This document shows positions 1 to 13,290 of a stretch of DNA of 64,000 nt, in pieces. Where the stretch lies: positions 8,122,001-8,186,000 of the forward strand of contig NC_043015.1 in NCBI RefSeq assembly GCF_006345805.1, given 5' to 3'. This DNA comes from Octopus sinensis (lineage: Eukaryota). Each line of letters opens with the position of its first letter. Position 1 is the first letter of the stretch. The translations under genes were made by a program, and so were the position numbers. The notes beneath the pieces were generated by a model. That model did not search any database and had not been told where the DNA came from. It saw nothing but the letters and a program-made list of their open reading frames with translations.

Positions 1-154
1 TTTAGTGACTAGTGAAGGAAAAACTGTAGCAGTATTTGTTTGGTACAATATTCCAATTAAGAAGACTGCAAGTAATGAAAAAACATATGTTACTCCAAGA
101 ACAAAAACCGTCCCACTGTTTACCATTTTTTAGCAATTTTCTATTTTGTGCGTT

Positions 155-1330
155 TTAAAGGACTATGCTCTTTGTTTTCTCTACACTGGTTGGGGGCTGG
201 GGAATTTGGGGCTCCTGCATGATTGTGTTCAGTTTCTTAATGTCAGAGGAAGCAGGGCGAGGTTTGGTGTCTGCAAGGGAAGGGTAGCACAAAGTGGGTT
301 CGGGTAGGAATTGCATGGGTGTGGGTGGAGTCCTCATTAAAAGTCTTTATTTTTTCCTCCTCTTTCTGATCTTCCTTCCAATAATTTCTCATCCGTCCTT
401 GGTTAATGTTCCTCCAACGCCCTCTGTACATTTGCTGACCTTCGCCGTTAGCGGAGGTGCGGTTTCTTTTAAGGACACTGGTGCTTGTTGAGGCTTTATG
501 GGTGGTGGAGAGCATTCTACCCCAATGTTGCCCTTTTGGCCACATTTGTAACAACGAGGGACCTTACCCACCACTTTAACCATGAGCGTTATATCGTCCA
601 CCGTTATGGTTTCCACCATCTCTTCGAGATCTTCTGGGGCTGCCTGAATCACCATATTCAGGGGTGTGACCCTGCCAATTCTTGTGAGCGGTGCTAGTGA
701 CGTCGAGGACCGCTATATTATTCTCCCCCATGTCCAGCAATATGGCTACCACCAGCAAGGACACATTTATTTCCGGGGTATCAAGATATATGGGTAGATG
801 AATTACCTCATCCGTTTTCAAGGAGGTCGCCGCGGGTCACCTGACTGTGGCATCATCCCAGCACCGCACCTCCACCATTCCGAATTTTCTCCCTCTGGCC
901 AGGCAGGAAATTTCCTACCACATAGGTTTTAGTGCCTTTTCAATTTGTCCGTTCGTGATTAGTTCTATTCTCTGGGCCTTCACAGATTATGTGCTATTGG
1001 ATATCATACTGCTCTCGGCCCCGTCTAATACTTCTTGGGAAGAGGTCACCTTTACGTCGTGTCCCTCCCTACGAAGCATATTCATGTAGTTTTCCAGCTC
1101 CTGAATGCTTACGTTGCTGTGGCTTTTCGCGACCGCCGCAAAATTCCTTTTTTCCTCCTCCTTGTCCATCTCAACAATTGCATGGAGTAATTCATCCTCG
1201 GGCGAGCTGAACCTTTCATGTTCCATATTCTTTTGAAGACACTGTGCTAGCCACTTCACCCAAGAAAGTACACATCAACAAAACTGCAGCGTGGCAGCAA
1301 AAACAAGACTCAGACAACGTAGCAATTAAC
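155..1330 (-). mobile_element. Degenerate non-LTR retrotransposon ORF1 (gag-like, zinc-knuckle) remnant, possibly L1/Tx1-type
   Basis: Consecutive minus-strand ORF pieces (987-1259, 576-821, 389-655, 155-337) in a GC-richer tract; 389-655 contains RCYKCGQKGNIGVEC, a CX2CX4HX4C knuckle with H replaced by N, followed by a Pro-rich segment; broken by stops and frameshifts. Confidence 0.6.
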
Positions 1331-1581
1331 AATAACAGAATTAATTAACCTGCGTGAAGTATTTTGGAAGTTTCACATTGTGGATATTCTAAATTGAGAA
1401 ACCGATAATTGTAGTACAGTCCGTAATTGATGCATACAAGCCCTTCTCGTCAGCAATAATTATTGTTAGCTGTGGAAATGTTTTAACCAAATGCTACATT
1501 GCAGTAAAATGGGTTTAAAATAAGTAGACTGTCGGTGAAAACTAGGTTTTTTCTATTTGTAACATTTTATCAATTGATTCA

Positions 1582-1795
1582 GGTGGCGAATTGGCAGAGT
1601 TGTTAGCTCGCCGGGCGAAATGCTTTGCGTTACTCCGTCCGTCTTTACGTTTTGAGTTCAAATTCTGCCGAAGTCGACTTAGTTTCATCCTTTCGAGTTT
1701 GATAAAATAGTACCAATTCAGCATTTGGGTCGATGTAATTGACTGAACGTCTTCCCCTTGTATGTTGGCATTGTGCCAAACTTTGAAAGCGATAT
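1582..1795 (+). mobile_element. Diverged tRNA-derived SINE, family A (octopus OR/OK-like)
   Basis: GGTGGCGAATTGGCAGAGTTGTTAGCTCGCCGGGCGAAATG...GAGTTCAAATTC aligns by eye with the cleaner copies at 4987 and 50634. Confidence 0.8.
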
Positions 1796-1818
1796 TTTAA
1801 CTATAGATTTTCAGTATT

Positions 1819-2198
1819 TGGATCTTTACCATTTGACCGACAGATTTAAATACCTTAAAGCTAAAACAAGTACAACCCTAAAACCTTAAAGATAAAACCA
1901 ATACAAACGCACGAATGATGTCATAGATAACAGTGACAAACGAAAAATACGCCGCTGATAGTTGTTGTTGACAAACAACGGCTGTAATTTTATTCAGCTG
2001 AATGCACGTCATTGATTGTTGAAATTACCGAAATACGAGAACTTTAACGTGAAATAACTTCATAAATATAAGCTTTTCTCAAAAACGCTAAGAGTAACAT
2101 ACATTTTATATGACACATTCTACCAGAGTACGAAGTTTGAAAGTGTTTAATTAAAAAAAAAAAATGTTTAATCCATCGGTCAAAAGGTAAAAATCCCA
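1819..2198. mobile_element. MITE-like element with ~30-bp imperfect terminal inverted repeats
   Basis: TGGATCTTTACCATTTGACCGACAGATTTAAA (1819-1850) versus the reverse complement of TTTAATCCATCGGTCAAAAGGTAAAAATCCCA (2167-2198); no coding capacity between. Confidence 0.65.
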
Positions 2199-4104
2199 GT
2201 CTTTTTCATGTAATCTAATATTGCACAAAATTGAACTGTTCTTATAAACGCTCCCGTTATTCCTTCAACATCACGGATGATTTGTACTCATAACGATAAT
2301 AGTTTGATTATAATCTGCCTATAATACTAATCGCAAAAGAAAATCTTTCGAATTTATCTGAAGCTTCCAATATTAGTGACGATTCTGTGTTTCATTTTCA
2401 AAGTTAGAGCGAACAAACTTTTCTGGTTCAAATGACGAAAACGTCATTCGAATGAGTTAGAGAGTATTTTCATACTCAATTTGGAATTCTTCATATTTCA
2501 CTTTATCTGAAGCTGCTACAGTCAACGATTAGCAGCTACTGTCCTTAATCTGTACGCTCTGAGTTCAATTTCCGTCAACATCAAATTCTTTTTTCACATT
2601 TTCGGGGCTAGTAAAAGTGAATACGAGCTTAACACTGGGATCGAGGTACTCGACTGATCTATTCCACTAAAATTTCTTTAATTTGGCATAAATTTGAAAT
2701 TATTACTTACAGTTGTTTATAAAACAGATCCAAATGTCAATTCAGAAAATTTGTTGTGTGCAACAGGATTTTGGTTGAATGATGTATAAGATAAAACGAG
2801 TAGCATCTTTTTGTAGATAGAGAGTTACTGAATATTTTATGCATTTTACAGTTGTATTGACGCCTATAATTATTTTTCCAGCTAAGTGCTATTTAGTTCT
2901 GCCAATGAAGTATACCTATCCGTGAAAGGAAACATTCTTTGTATTTGATTGCTATATCAACGTCTAAGCATTCTGCATCTCTAGAAATATAATCATTTAT
3001 AATTTGACCATCTGTAAAAGCCATAACTTATACGAGAGTTTAAACGTTGTTTATAGATTTACTGGGAGCGAAATAGAGCTTCAAATACTTGCTTTTCTTT
3101 TGTTTCTCATCTTTCAAATTTTAATGCCTATATTTTATGTTCCTATAATTTGGCATGTTTATGATACCCACGTTGAACGAACGTGGATTTGCACAAAAAA
3201 ATTAGCACTTCCTATTGTCATATATCAAAGCATGCAAGCAATTTTATCCTTAGCGGAAACAACAGAAAATGTGTTTGCCAAACTGACTTTATAATAAGTA
3301 TTTTCTTTTGCTTCGATACTGATTTATGAACGTTATGGGCTACATCTATAAAAGAAACTAGGAACACTTGAGTTGGATCAAAAATAAAAACCAAAATCCC
3401 ATGCTCAGCTGTCCGCTGACATAACCTACAGGAAACTCTTCGTAACGAAAAGAAACAAAATTTCCAAATCATTCTCGAATTGTTTATTGGGTATATAAAT
3501 GCATATTGTACTTCATAATGTTATAAATTTGCAAAAAATAACAAAAAATCAAAATTTCTAGATAATTTGTGATAATGTAAAATGGAATACATTTAAGGTT
3601 ATATGATCCAAGAATTCTGTTTATAAAGGAAGAAGACAAAATTTCCTGGAACTGCTCTCAGCTAAGTGTCTACGTGTCAAATGGAAAATTCCGTCCGACG
3701 CTTTATCATCACAGTGCTATAATAACACATTACGCGTTTAGCAATTACGAAAATTTAAAAGTATGTAGTGTGTTCGTGTAGAGCACGTATATATGCTTGC
3801 AAGCAGAGAGAGTAAAAATGAGAGAGAGAGAAAAAAAACAGAGAGGCTGACAAGGTCAACGAACACACATATATGTATGTGTGTATAAGCACACATAGAT
3901 GTGTGAGTGTGTTTGGTTATATATACAAAGAGGACGATAGGAATGGAAACATGAGGATATAGATGCGTTTATATTGACCATCAACAGAATTACCAAAGTT
4001 TCGGATGTTTGCAATTATGAAACTGGTTAATAAAGTGGTAATGGTTATATTCTTGGATTGCTCTGGAACAAATTAAAATAACACTTACAATATCACGTGG
4101 AATG

Positions 4105-4124
4105 TATATATGTATATATGTATG

Positions 4125-4213
<89 letters not shown>

Positions 4214-4220
4214 ATACATA
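4105..4220. repeat. (TA)n microsatellite, representative of more than 25 such tracts in the window
   Basis: Direct inspection; these tracts generate the YIYIYI ORFs in the track. Confidence 0.95.
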
Positions 4221-4679
4221 TACAACTGAAGAAGGGGAATATTCCTTGTGTTGTATGTCTTGTTTTTTCATTGTTTGAAAACAAGTCCGTTTCCATGTTT
4301 TTGTTTTTATCATTTCGTTTCTCATTGGGTACAAAGTTTCTTTTTTGGGGTGTCCTGTACCCATGTATGCATGTATATATACATATAGATGTAGGTATGT
4401 ACATATATGTATGTATGTATGCATATGTTTTAAGTCTTTTGTTATTATATGATCGAACGCCACACATCAATTTCCAAGTAAGTTTTATCTTACAAATATA
4501 TATACTCACATAGATTCATACATAGATATATAGTCTATTCTTACTTATAATATGAATTTCTTTCTTCTTGCTGTGTTATGATATTTCTGAAAAATTATAT
4601 TAACGTGTTATACTTGTTAAAATTCTATTCATTTGCTGTTTTATTAATGCTGTTATGATTATTAATATTATTTTGATTA

Positions 4680-4905
4680 CTGTTATCATCGTTCGTATTG
4701 TTAGCTATCTACTATTGTATTACTAATGCTCCTACATCAGCTGCTGCCACCACCACCACCACTACTACTAAAGCAACTAAACTTTCACTGTTGCTGCTGC
4801 CGCCGCTGCTAGTATTGCTGCTACTACTACTACTACCGCTGCTGCTGTCACAAACACCATCACTACTACAACAATGACAATAACTGCAGCTACACCTATT
4901 ATTAC
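4680..4905. repeat. Compound trinucleotide low-complexity tract (CTA/CTG/CCA)n
   Basis: Direct inspection; source of the Ser/Val-run ORF 4712-5014. Confidence 0.85.
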
Positions 4906-4986
4906 TCGTGGCACTCCGTCGCTTCCGACGATGAGGGTTCCAGTTGAGCCGATCAAGGAACAGCCTGCGCGTGAAATTAACGTGAA

Positions 4987-5213
4987 GGCGGCGAGCTGGC
5001 AGAATCGTTAGCACGCCGGGCGAAATGTGTAGCCGTATTTCGTCTGTCGCTACGTTCCGAGTTCAAATTCCGCCGAGGTCGACTTTGCCTTTCATTCTTT
5101 CGGGTCGATAAATTAAGTACCAGTTACGCACTAGGGTCGATGTAATCGACTTAATCCTTTTGTCTGTCCTTGTTTGTCCTCTTCTCTGTTTAGCCCCTTG
5201 TGGGTAGTAAAAA
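4987..5213 (+). mobile_element. tRNA-derived SINE, family A, near full length
   Basis: GGCGGCGAGCTGGCAGAATCGTTAGCACGCCGGGCG...GAGTTCAAATTCC (B-box-like)...GGGTAGTAAAAAAGAAAG; matches 29519-29749 and 50634-50864. Confidence 0.9.
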
Positions 5214-5333
5214 AGAAAGATATGTGTAGTATCTGTGAAGTAGTTCTCAGGGAGTTTCAGCATGACAGAGTTAGTGGCAAGGCTGGCCCTTTGAAATACA
5301 TGTACAAGAGAAACAAGAATAAAGAGAGAGAGA

Positions 5334-5680
5334 ATATTGTGGTGAAAGATCACAGCAGGGTTCGCCACCACACCCTGCCGGAACCTTGTAAAGCTTTAGG
5401 TGTTTTCGCTTAATGAAACACTCACAGTGAGTGAATGTTGTGGTGAAAGAGTACAGCAGGGTTCGCCACCACACCCTGCCGGAATCTCGTGGAGCTTTAG
5501 GTGTTTTCGGTCAGTGAACACTCACAGTGAGATAATGTTGTGGTGAAAGAGAACAGTAGGGTTCGCCACCATTCCCTACCGGAACCTCGTGGAGCTTTAG
5601 GTGTTTCCGCTAAATAACCACTCACAACTCCCGGTCTGGGAATTGAAACTGCGATCTCACGAACGCGAGTTGCAATGTAA
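5334..5680 (-). mobile_element. tRNA-derived SINE whose ~100-bp body module is triplicated in tandem
   Basis: TGGTGAAAGA...GGGTTCGCCACCA...GCTTTAGGTGTTT recurs at 5340, 5441 and 5541; a reversed tRNA-like head (GGGAATTGAAACTGCGATCTCACGAACGCGAGT) lies at about 5630-5680. Confidence 0.75.
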
Positions 5681-5705
5681 ACCTATAAATTTAAATGCGG
5701 TTCAT

Positions 5706-5812
5706 ATCGTTGGTAACATGGTTGCAGTTTGGCTTTACGAAAATCATCCGGTCCAGACAGGAAACTACGATCTCGCAATCGCGAGCGCAACACTCTGACC
5801 TCAAGGACAATC
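5706..5812 (-). mobile_element. Short tRNA-headed SINE-like element, copy 1
   Basis: TAACATGGTTGCAGTTTGGC...CCGGTCCAGAC...CGATCTCGC...GCGCAACAC; second copy at 7616-7724. Confidence 0.7.
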
Positions 5813-6064
5813 GGTTATCAAGTGGTGGTGTGGTGGTGGAGGACAAACATAGCGCAAAGACACACACACATACACACGCATAAAGTTAAGTCAAAGAATA
5901 TGTATTCAAGTAAATCGATACGACTCATGAATATAACATAGTATATATAGCACAATATAAGAGAAAAAGATAAGGAGCGCATGAAGTCGTAAATGACATA
6001 GAGATAGATTGAGATTAGAATTTTCTTATTATTAAATAAAATTTCAATAACCTATTTATTTTTG

Positions 6065-6094
<30 letters not shown>

Positions 6095-6097
<3 letters not shown>

Positions 6098-6316
6098 CAA
6101 TATAGGGTGGCAAAAAATTTTGTAGAATTTTTTTGCCACCAGCGGCCTAGTGGGAAAAAATTAAATAGTCATAGACCATTTATAAGTTCAACATCACAAT
6201 CAAGGAATTGATTGTTATGTTGAACTTATAAATGGTCTATGACTATTTAATTTTTTCCCACTAGGCCGCTGGTGGCAAAAAAATTCTACAAAATTTTTTG
6301 CCACCGTATATTGATT
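6095..6316. repeat. Near-perfect 222-bp palindrome: 109-bp arms, 4-nt GGAA loop, 2 mismatches
   Basis: Arms 6095-6203 and 6208-6316 compared base by base; each arm holds a nested hairpin GGTGGCAAAAAA...TTTTTTGCCACC; abuts (TA)n. Confidence 0.95.
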
Positions 6317-6701
6317 AATTATGAATTTTCTGGTTAATTCCGTAATGGAATCGGCGGCTTATATTTATTTGCTGCCGATAAATTTGGCGCGAGTGCGATG
6401 ATTTGAAAATTTTAGGTCAGATATTGCCGAGGCAGGGATAGAAGTGCCTCGTGAAAATATCTGTTCCGATCTGGCTGTTTCTTACTGACGAATCTATCGG
6501 CCTATGGAAGATTGGCTTGATTTAATTTAATCAGGTTAGTTTACCATTAAACAATAGATGAAACGGTGCATCGTATAAGAAATTACAGGGTAAATGTTTT
6601 TTTAATTTTCTCCTGGTTTGCGGAATTGATGTTATTTTGCGGTTGAAGCTTTGGCTGTTATTTCTAGTGGGTGAATGGCCTATTATGGCCTTTCCTTGAT
6701 T

Positions 6702-6731
<30 letters not shown>

Positions 6732-6738
<7 letters not shown>

Positions 6739-7035
6739 CAAAATGGGACAAGAACGCAAAACATCCGGACAGTTAGGTGCTAAAAAACTGGGACAAAACA
6801 TCTAGATAGACGATACAACGAAAACAGGGACGGTTCATTCGAAGTTTTCTTTCCTCACTCGAGTACCAGATTATCTTCGCAATTTCGGCTGATATGATAA
6901 TCTGGTACTTTACTGAGGAAAGTAAACTTCGAATGATCCGTCCTTGTTTTCTTTGTGTCGTCTATCTGGATATTTTGTTGTCCCATTTTTGTATCACCTA
7001 ACTTTCCGGATGTTTTGCGTTGTTGTCCCATTTTG

Positions 7036-7084
<49 letters not shown>

Positions 7085-7389
7085 ATGAAATACAAAATGG
7101 GACAAGAACGCAAAACATCCGGACAGTTAGGTGCTAAAAAACTGGGACAAAACATCTAGATAGACGATACAACGAAAACAGGGACGGTTCATTCGAAGTT
7201 TTCTTTCCTCACTCGAGTACCAGATTATCTTCGCAATTTCGGCTGATATGATAATCTGGTACTTTACTGAGGAAAGTAAACTTCGAATGATCCGTCCTTG
7301 TTTTCTTTGTGTCGTCTATCTGGATATTTTGTTGTCCCATTTTTGTATCACCTAACTTTCCGGATGTTTTGCGTTGTTGTCCCATTTTG

Positions 7390-7394
<5 letters not shown>
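6732..7394. mobile_element. ~309-bp fold-back/MITE-like element in two identical tandem copies separated by (TA)n
   Basis: Copies 6732-7040 and 7086-7394 (period 354); within each copy AAAATGGGACAA...GTACCAGATTATC pairs imperfectly with GATAATCTGGTAC...TTGTCCCATTTT. Confidence 0.85.
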
Positions 7395-7438
<44 letters not shown>

Positions 7439-7439
7439 G

Positions 7440-7575
7440 GTCTTGTTTTAGTTTCCGTCTACCACATCATTTTGGACTGCCCCAGGCTATGATTGAAAAC
7501 ACTTGCCAAATGTGTCAAGCAGTGAGACTTAACCCAGAATGCGGGCTTTGGTAGCAAGTTTCTTACCGCTCAGTA
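7440..7575 (-). mobile_element. Degenerate SINE family B fragment
   Basis: Reverse complement resembles the head of the copy at 8637. Confidence 0.6.
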
Positions 7576-7615
7576 ACACCTTCCAATGTTGACATACATT
7601 TGCATGCGTTTCAAT

Positions 7616-7724
7616 ATCGTTAGTAACATGGTTGCAGTTTGGCGTTACGAAAATCATCCGGTCCAGACTTGAAACCACGATCTCGCGATCACGAGCGCAA
7701 CACCCTAACCACAAGGCCAATCGA
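7616..7724 (-). mobile_element. Short tRNA-headed SINE-like element, copy 2
   Basis: Similar to 5706-5812. Confidence 0.7.
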
Positions 7725-8636
7725 CACAGCACATGCACTTACGCATAAACACACAGATACACCCAAAAAACACACGCGCAGACACACATATATGTGCAAC
7801 CGCACATACATACGTATTAGTGTGTATGTCTGTGAGTGTGTGAATTCAATTCAACTGGTTCATCACGAAAGGAGAAGGAGTTTATATATAACTAACATGA
7901 GTTATTTGTCTAGATATAATTGCGTTCTTTCCCGAATTTTAACCTTCTGAAACATTTAGGTGTAAGCTGTAATTTTTATTCGTGCTTATTTAATATCAAT
8001 ATGTTTTGTATTGTTCATTTGAGCGTTGTTATTGTTCTCACCGTTTTCTTAAAAAAAAATTATCTAGTTTTTCTTTGTTGGTTGGTCCCTGATTGTCGTC
8101 AAGCAATTGGTTTACATTCATGTTTTGCATTGTGTTTGTGTGAAATAGTTATAATTTCCCTCGTATTATTTACTTCTTAGTTGTTTGTACTGCATTTTCA
8201 TAGATCAAATTTTCTTCTTTATTTATGTATTGTTTTGATATGTATTCCAGGAGGTGGTTTAGTATATCCTCTGTATAACTTTTCATTGTTTATGTAATTT
8301 CAGCTTATTTTCTCTCTCGTATTTGAAATTAAAATGTTTTGAGCTGATCTACTTTGATGTAAGTATGCTTCATAAGGAGGTAATGATTGAGCTTCTAATA
8401 ACTTCTGTATCTTGCCTGCTTTCGCGTAGTTTTTTTGATTTTCTGTTTGTTGCTCATCGGAGTGTAGAACTTATGACTTGCGAGTTCCCTCATTTGTGGT
8501 GTTTAAATACTATTCTCTGTATTTTCGAATAATTTGTATATATATATCTGCGTTTCTGTCTGTATGATTATACATAAATAACCAGCAGCTCACACACACA
8601 AACACACACACACACATACACACACATATATATATT

Positions 8637-8801
8637 CAGGCGCAGGAGTGGCAGTGTTGTAAGTACCTTGTTTACCAACCACATGGTTCCGGGTTCAGTC
8701 CCACGACGTGGCACCTTGTGCAAATGTCTTCTACTATAGCCCCAGGCTGACCAAAGCCTTGTGACTGGATTTGGTAGACAGAACCTGAAAGAAGCTCGTC
8801 A

Positions 8802-8876
<75 letters not shown>

Positions 8877-9085
8877 TTGTGTGCCTTTGTTTGTCCCCAC
8901 CATCGCTTGACAGCCAATGGTGGTATGTTTGCGTCCCCTGTAACTTAGCGGTTCGGCAAAAGAGACCGATAGAATAAGTACTAGGCTTCCAAAAAATAAG
9001 TCCTGGGGTCGATTTGCTCGACTAAATGCGGTCCTCCTCCTGCATGGCCGCAGTCAAATGACTGAAGCAAGGGAAAGAAAAAATA
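8637..9085 (+). mobile_element. tRNA-derived SINE, family B, full length with internal (TA)n(TG)n
   Basis: CAGGCGCAGGAGTGGC...GGTTCCGGGTTCAGTCCC head; tail CTTAGCGGTTCGGCAAAAGAGACCG...CATGGCCGCAGTCAAATGACTGAA. Confidence 0.9.
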
Positions 9086-10449
9086 GAGAAAGGAATAAGA
9101 GTGCGAGTACACATCCATGATTGCATTCTGCATGCCTTGAAAAACTCATTTATTTTTATTCAGACAGAAGGATATTTCAGTATATCCGCAAATATGAAAA
9201 TATGCGCGTGCACGTGTCTCAGTGCATGTGATTTCGTAAATGCGTTGGTGCATGAAGATGCATAAGCAGATATCTATTTCTTAAACATTTAAATACAGAA
9301 AACAGCACAGTAGCAAATGCAGCCTAACATTGCAGTCCATATTTCGTGTGATTCCGAGCGTGGCAAAATTAGCGAAAAGCGAATTCTTAAACATGTTGTC
9401 CTTATGTTTAGCAATCACGTTTATGCACATCTCACTAGGAAAGGAGAAAATATATAATCCTTTTAGCATAAACGGAAGAAATGAAACATAGAGCTAAGAG
9501 GAAGCAGCGTAGGAAGGAATTTTGCTTTGGACTTCTCTATAATAAATATCAATTAATTATTAATATTTTATAATCACTTACTTCCTGAGGGACTGAACTA
9601 ATATATATTCTAAATTTATCATAATAAATTCTATTATGGAGTAACTCTTTTGAAAATGGCTTCACAAGTTGTCAATATTGGAAACTATGGTGTTAATAAA
9701 ATGTAACACTCACATTTAAATATATATTTGGAGAAAACATTATCTTTATCATTAGATATTAAATTTAATATACATAACATTCATTTTCCTAATCTAAGTG
9801 TTATTTTCAAAACCTAGATGACCGTATATAGTAAAAGCTTGTTCAAAATTATTTCACTGGAACATAATGAGCGTAATATATCATCCAGTGTCGAGGAATG
9901 ATTATTGCACATTATATTTTGTATCTAATTATACTGTATGTTGTTTCGGTCACATTTAAATGTATATATCTATTGACCTTACGTAGAAATGTTTTTTCTA
10001 CGATATTAATACTAAGAGTAGAATATATTACTATTTTTTTGCTATTAGAATTAAGAAATGTCTCAGCCAGACAGTGCAAGTGGTAATTAGGAAAAGTTAC
10101 TTGTACCGCATAATTCGGAGTTTGATTTGAAATTCTTCGATTAAAGGTATAATGGTTAGTCTATTCATATTGCCCAGTAATGGTTGCACGGACAAAAACT
10201 ACTGCTTCACCCCCTTTCTCTCTCACCCACTCTCTCTTTCTCTATGTATATATATATACACTGAATGGGCTTTTAAATATACCTTCTCTAACTAAGTGTA
10301 TTGCTTAATGCCTAATAACATACAGCGAATTGTCTTCGGAGTAGAGTCAACTATATAACAATATATAGCTGTTGTACTGCAATACAAACGCACAATTATT
10401 TTTGTATGTGTATTTATGTATGTGTCTATGTATGTCTCTTCTGTTTTTT

Positions 10450-13068
10450 AAAAATTATAACTCTTTTAGCCGGTTTCCAACAATGATACAAGGCTCCATT
10501 TTTGGGATATAGTTAACGCAGACAAGTTCAGATTTTGAACTTGAGAAAAGTCTTGCATATTTGTAATTGTTCCACTCGCAGATTGCGAATTAGCCGGTCG
10601 ATTTATGTATGAAATAGCCGGTCGATTTCTCTTTCTGAAAATCCCAGTTCATCTAGATTCTCCTGTAAGCATTTACTAACAAAACCTAGTGCTCCAATTA
10701 TTATTGATATGAATATGAATTCATATTCTGGATATAGAAACTAGAGGTTTCGAAGCAGTTGTCCATAGGTATACTGTTTCTCGTTGATTTTCAAAGAACT
10801 ATTTATTATTGAAGGGCAGCTAACTGCTATGTTGTTACATGCCTTTCTCCCGCCGTCCCAAGCAACAATATCCGGCCTGTTATGTCTATATTTCACAGAA
10901 GATTTGATGGGAGTATTCCACCACCATTCTTTGAGGTGATATTTATGAATGTTTTCAACAACAGGGATTGTATAAGTTTATTTCAGGACAGTTATTTTTG
11001 TGGATGGCATTGTAAATAGTTTTAGCAACAACATAGTGCTGCATAGGGAGGCAGTAAAGTGACTACATTTTAGAACAAATGCTAATCACATGTGTAATGT
11101 CTTCCACAGAAACGTGATATAGCGTACTCATTTGGTTGCACCATGGGATTACAAGAGCATCATGATCTCTCAAGTCCATCAAGCACTTTGCGGCAATCTT
11201 CTGTTTCTGGATTGCAAACGTATAGCCTTCAATGTGTGATGCGATGTAGTGATCTTGTGTCTAAGAGTGGCTGCACTTCGTGTCAGTCTCACTGTCTTCA
11301 AGCTTCTGGGCAACATACCCATGTGTATTCTTCTTTTTGTTTTCTATGCTGAGTGCTTTTCATCCAAGTCTTCTCTGATTAAAAGAGCCCATCTCTTTTG
11401 GGGCTGTATGGGAGATCATCAAGAAGAGAGTGCTTCTTGAGGAGCTCACTCTCAACTTGTACTCTGTTGTTCACTTCCATTTTCAGCTCTGTATTTATAT
11501 ATATTTAATTTTGCTGCTGTTGTTTATCAGCTATTGCCTGAGTGATACCATACGGAATCCGGAAGCCGTCTGTACCGATCTCAGGCCTTTACCACCTTCG
11601 TTTCTTCCTAGGTAGATCCTGTCAACATCATTGTATCTGTGGAACGTCCCAGTTATTGTCAGGATTTTGCGGGTTTTGATATCTATGGAGTGGATTTCCT
11701 CTACAAACCAATCAAGTATCCCAAATGTGAGGAAAGCACTGGTACTGCAAATGTACTGTGGAATATTGTTTTGTTGTATGAGAAGAGTTCCGACTGCCAT
11801 ATTTTCCCATGTCTGGTGTAATATTCTCGAGTCATTCTATATTTATTCATAGCGGCGCCCTCATATAATACATTTTCATCTATGCCTAGATACTTTTAGC
11901 ATTCTTTGTGTCGGTCGGTGTAGGATAGAGAGACCGTTGACGTACAGGTTTTGGGTTTGTGGGACTGACTATCCTCAATCTATAACCAAATATGAACATT
12001 TCTTTTAACCAAATTCCTTGTCTATGTCAGCAGAAAATTTTATTAATTCCAGTTGTTTTTTGGCATAGTTAACACCTTTAGCATAAATCTTCAGGTCGTC
12101 TACAAAGAAATCATGAGTGACATTGATGTTACTAGCACTTTATTAACCTAGCGTGTAACAATTTGGTTTCTGCGTTAGGAATGATAATGGATTCAGTTCC
12201 AAAATGAAAAGAAGTATAGAATATTACTTTTCAAATACCTATACTATCAGAAACAATTATTTTGTTCTGAGTTGTAGAGGTATGAGTTGTCTTCGATGTC
12301 TTTGTGAGTCTCTCTATAGCAGCAATTAATGTAGTAGGTACTTTTGCCAGATGTTGACTCTTCAACAGCAGCGAATAAGGGATAGGGTCGTATGCCTTCT
12401 TATAGTCAAACCATTCTGTCACACAGTTTATACGTTGTTTTCCTACTTCAGATAGTACAGCATTGTTTATTAAATGTTGTTCGACACATCCCCACACTCT
12501 CTTTCTTCCACCTTCCTTTTCATCAATCGCAATGTTGGTCGACCCAAAACAGTCCTGGAGGAATTGTTTGAGGCATCCTGTGTACACTTTGCACATAATG
12601 TTTCAGCAAGCAATGGGCCTGTAGTTTCCTGCCATCTCGCTGATTTCATTCTTGGCAATAAGGCTTGTCCTTGCTGTAGCAAGCCAATTTGATTACATCA
12701 GTCTGACCTTTCATAGTCCTTTTGAACATACATTCCAATTGGTTTCTATAAAATGTTAGCTTCTTGTAACAATCTCCAACTGTTAGATCCCTTCCAGGTG
12801 CTTTCCCAGTCTACAGTTTTTCTACTACTATAGCGAGAGTAATTGCATTAATTTTGTATGTTTTACTGTTAGTTTTGGTACAGTATTCTCTCTCAACTGT
12901 ATTCAACCATAACAGGCTGAAATCCCTATTTTCGTTCCAAATTTGTGACCAGAATGATTGTAGATCTACTTGGGAGGGAGCTTTCTTAATGGTTATGTTT
13001 TCGTTCCTTATCTCTGTATAATGCTTGTGGGTCGGAAGCAAACTTGCGATTGATACTGGCTCGTTCAA
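10450..13068 (-). mobile_element. 5'-truncated, degenerate R4/Dong-like non-LTR retrotransposon (RT, CCHC region and restriction-like endonuclease)
   Basis: Minus-strand fragments NYRPIAC, GGRKRVWGCVEQHLIN, WFDYKKAYD, FGILDW...IDIKTRKIL...DVDRIYLGRNEGGKGL, EDITHVISICSKM, and a RPDIVAWD...EKQYTY RLE motif near 10750-10890; many stops and frameshifts. Confidence 0.85.
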
Positions 13069-13099
13069 AAATTCGCATATGATAACGTATGTATGTATC

Positions 13100-13290
<191 letters not shown>

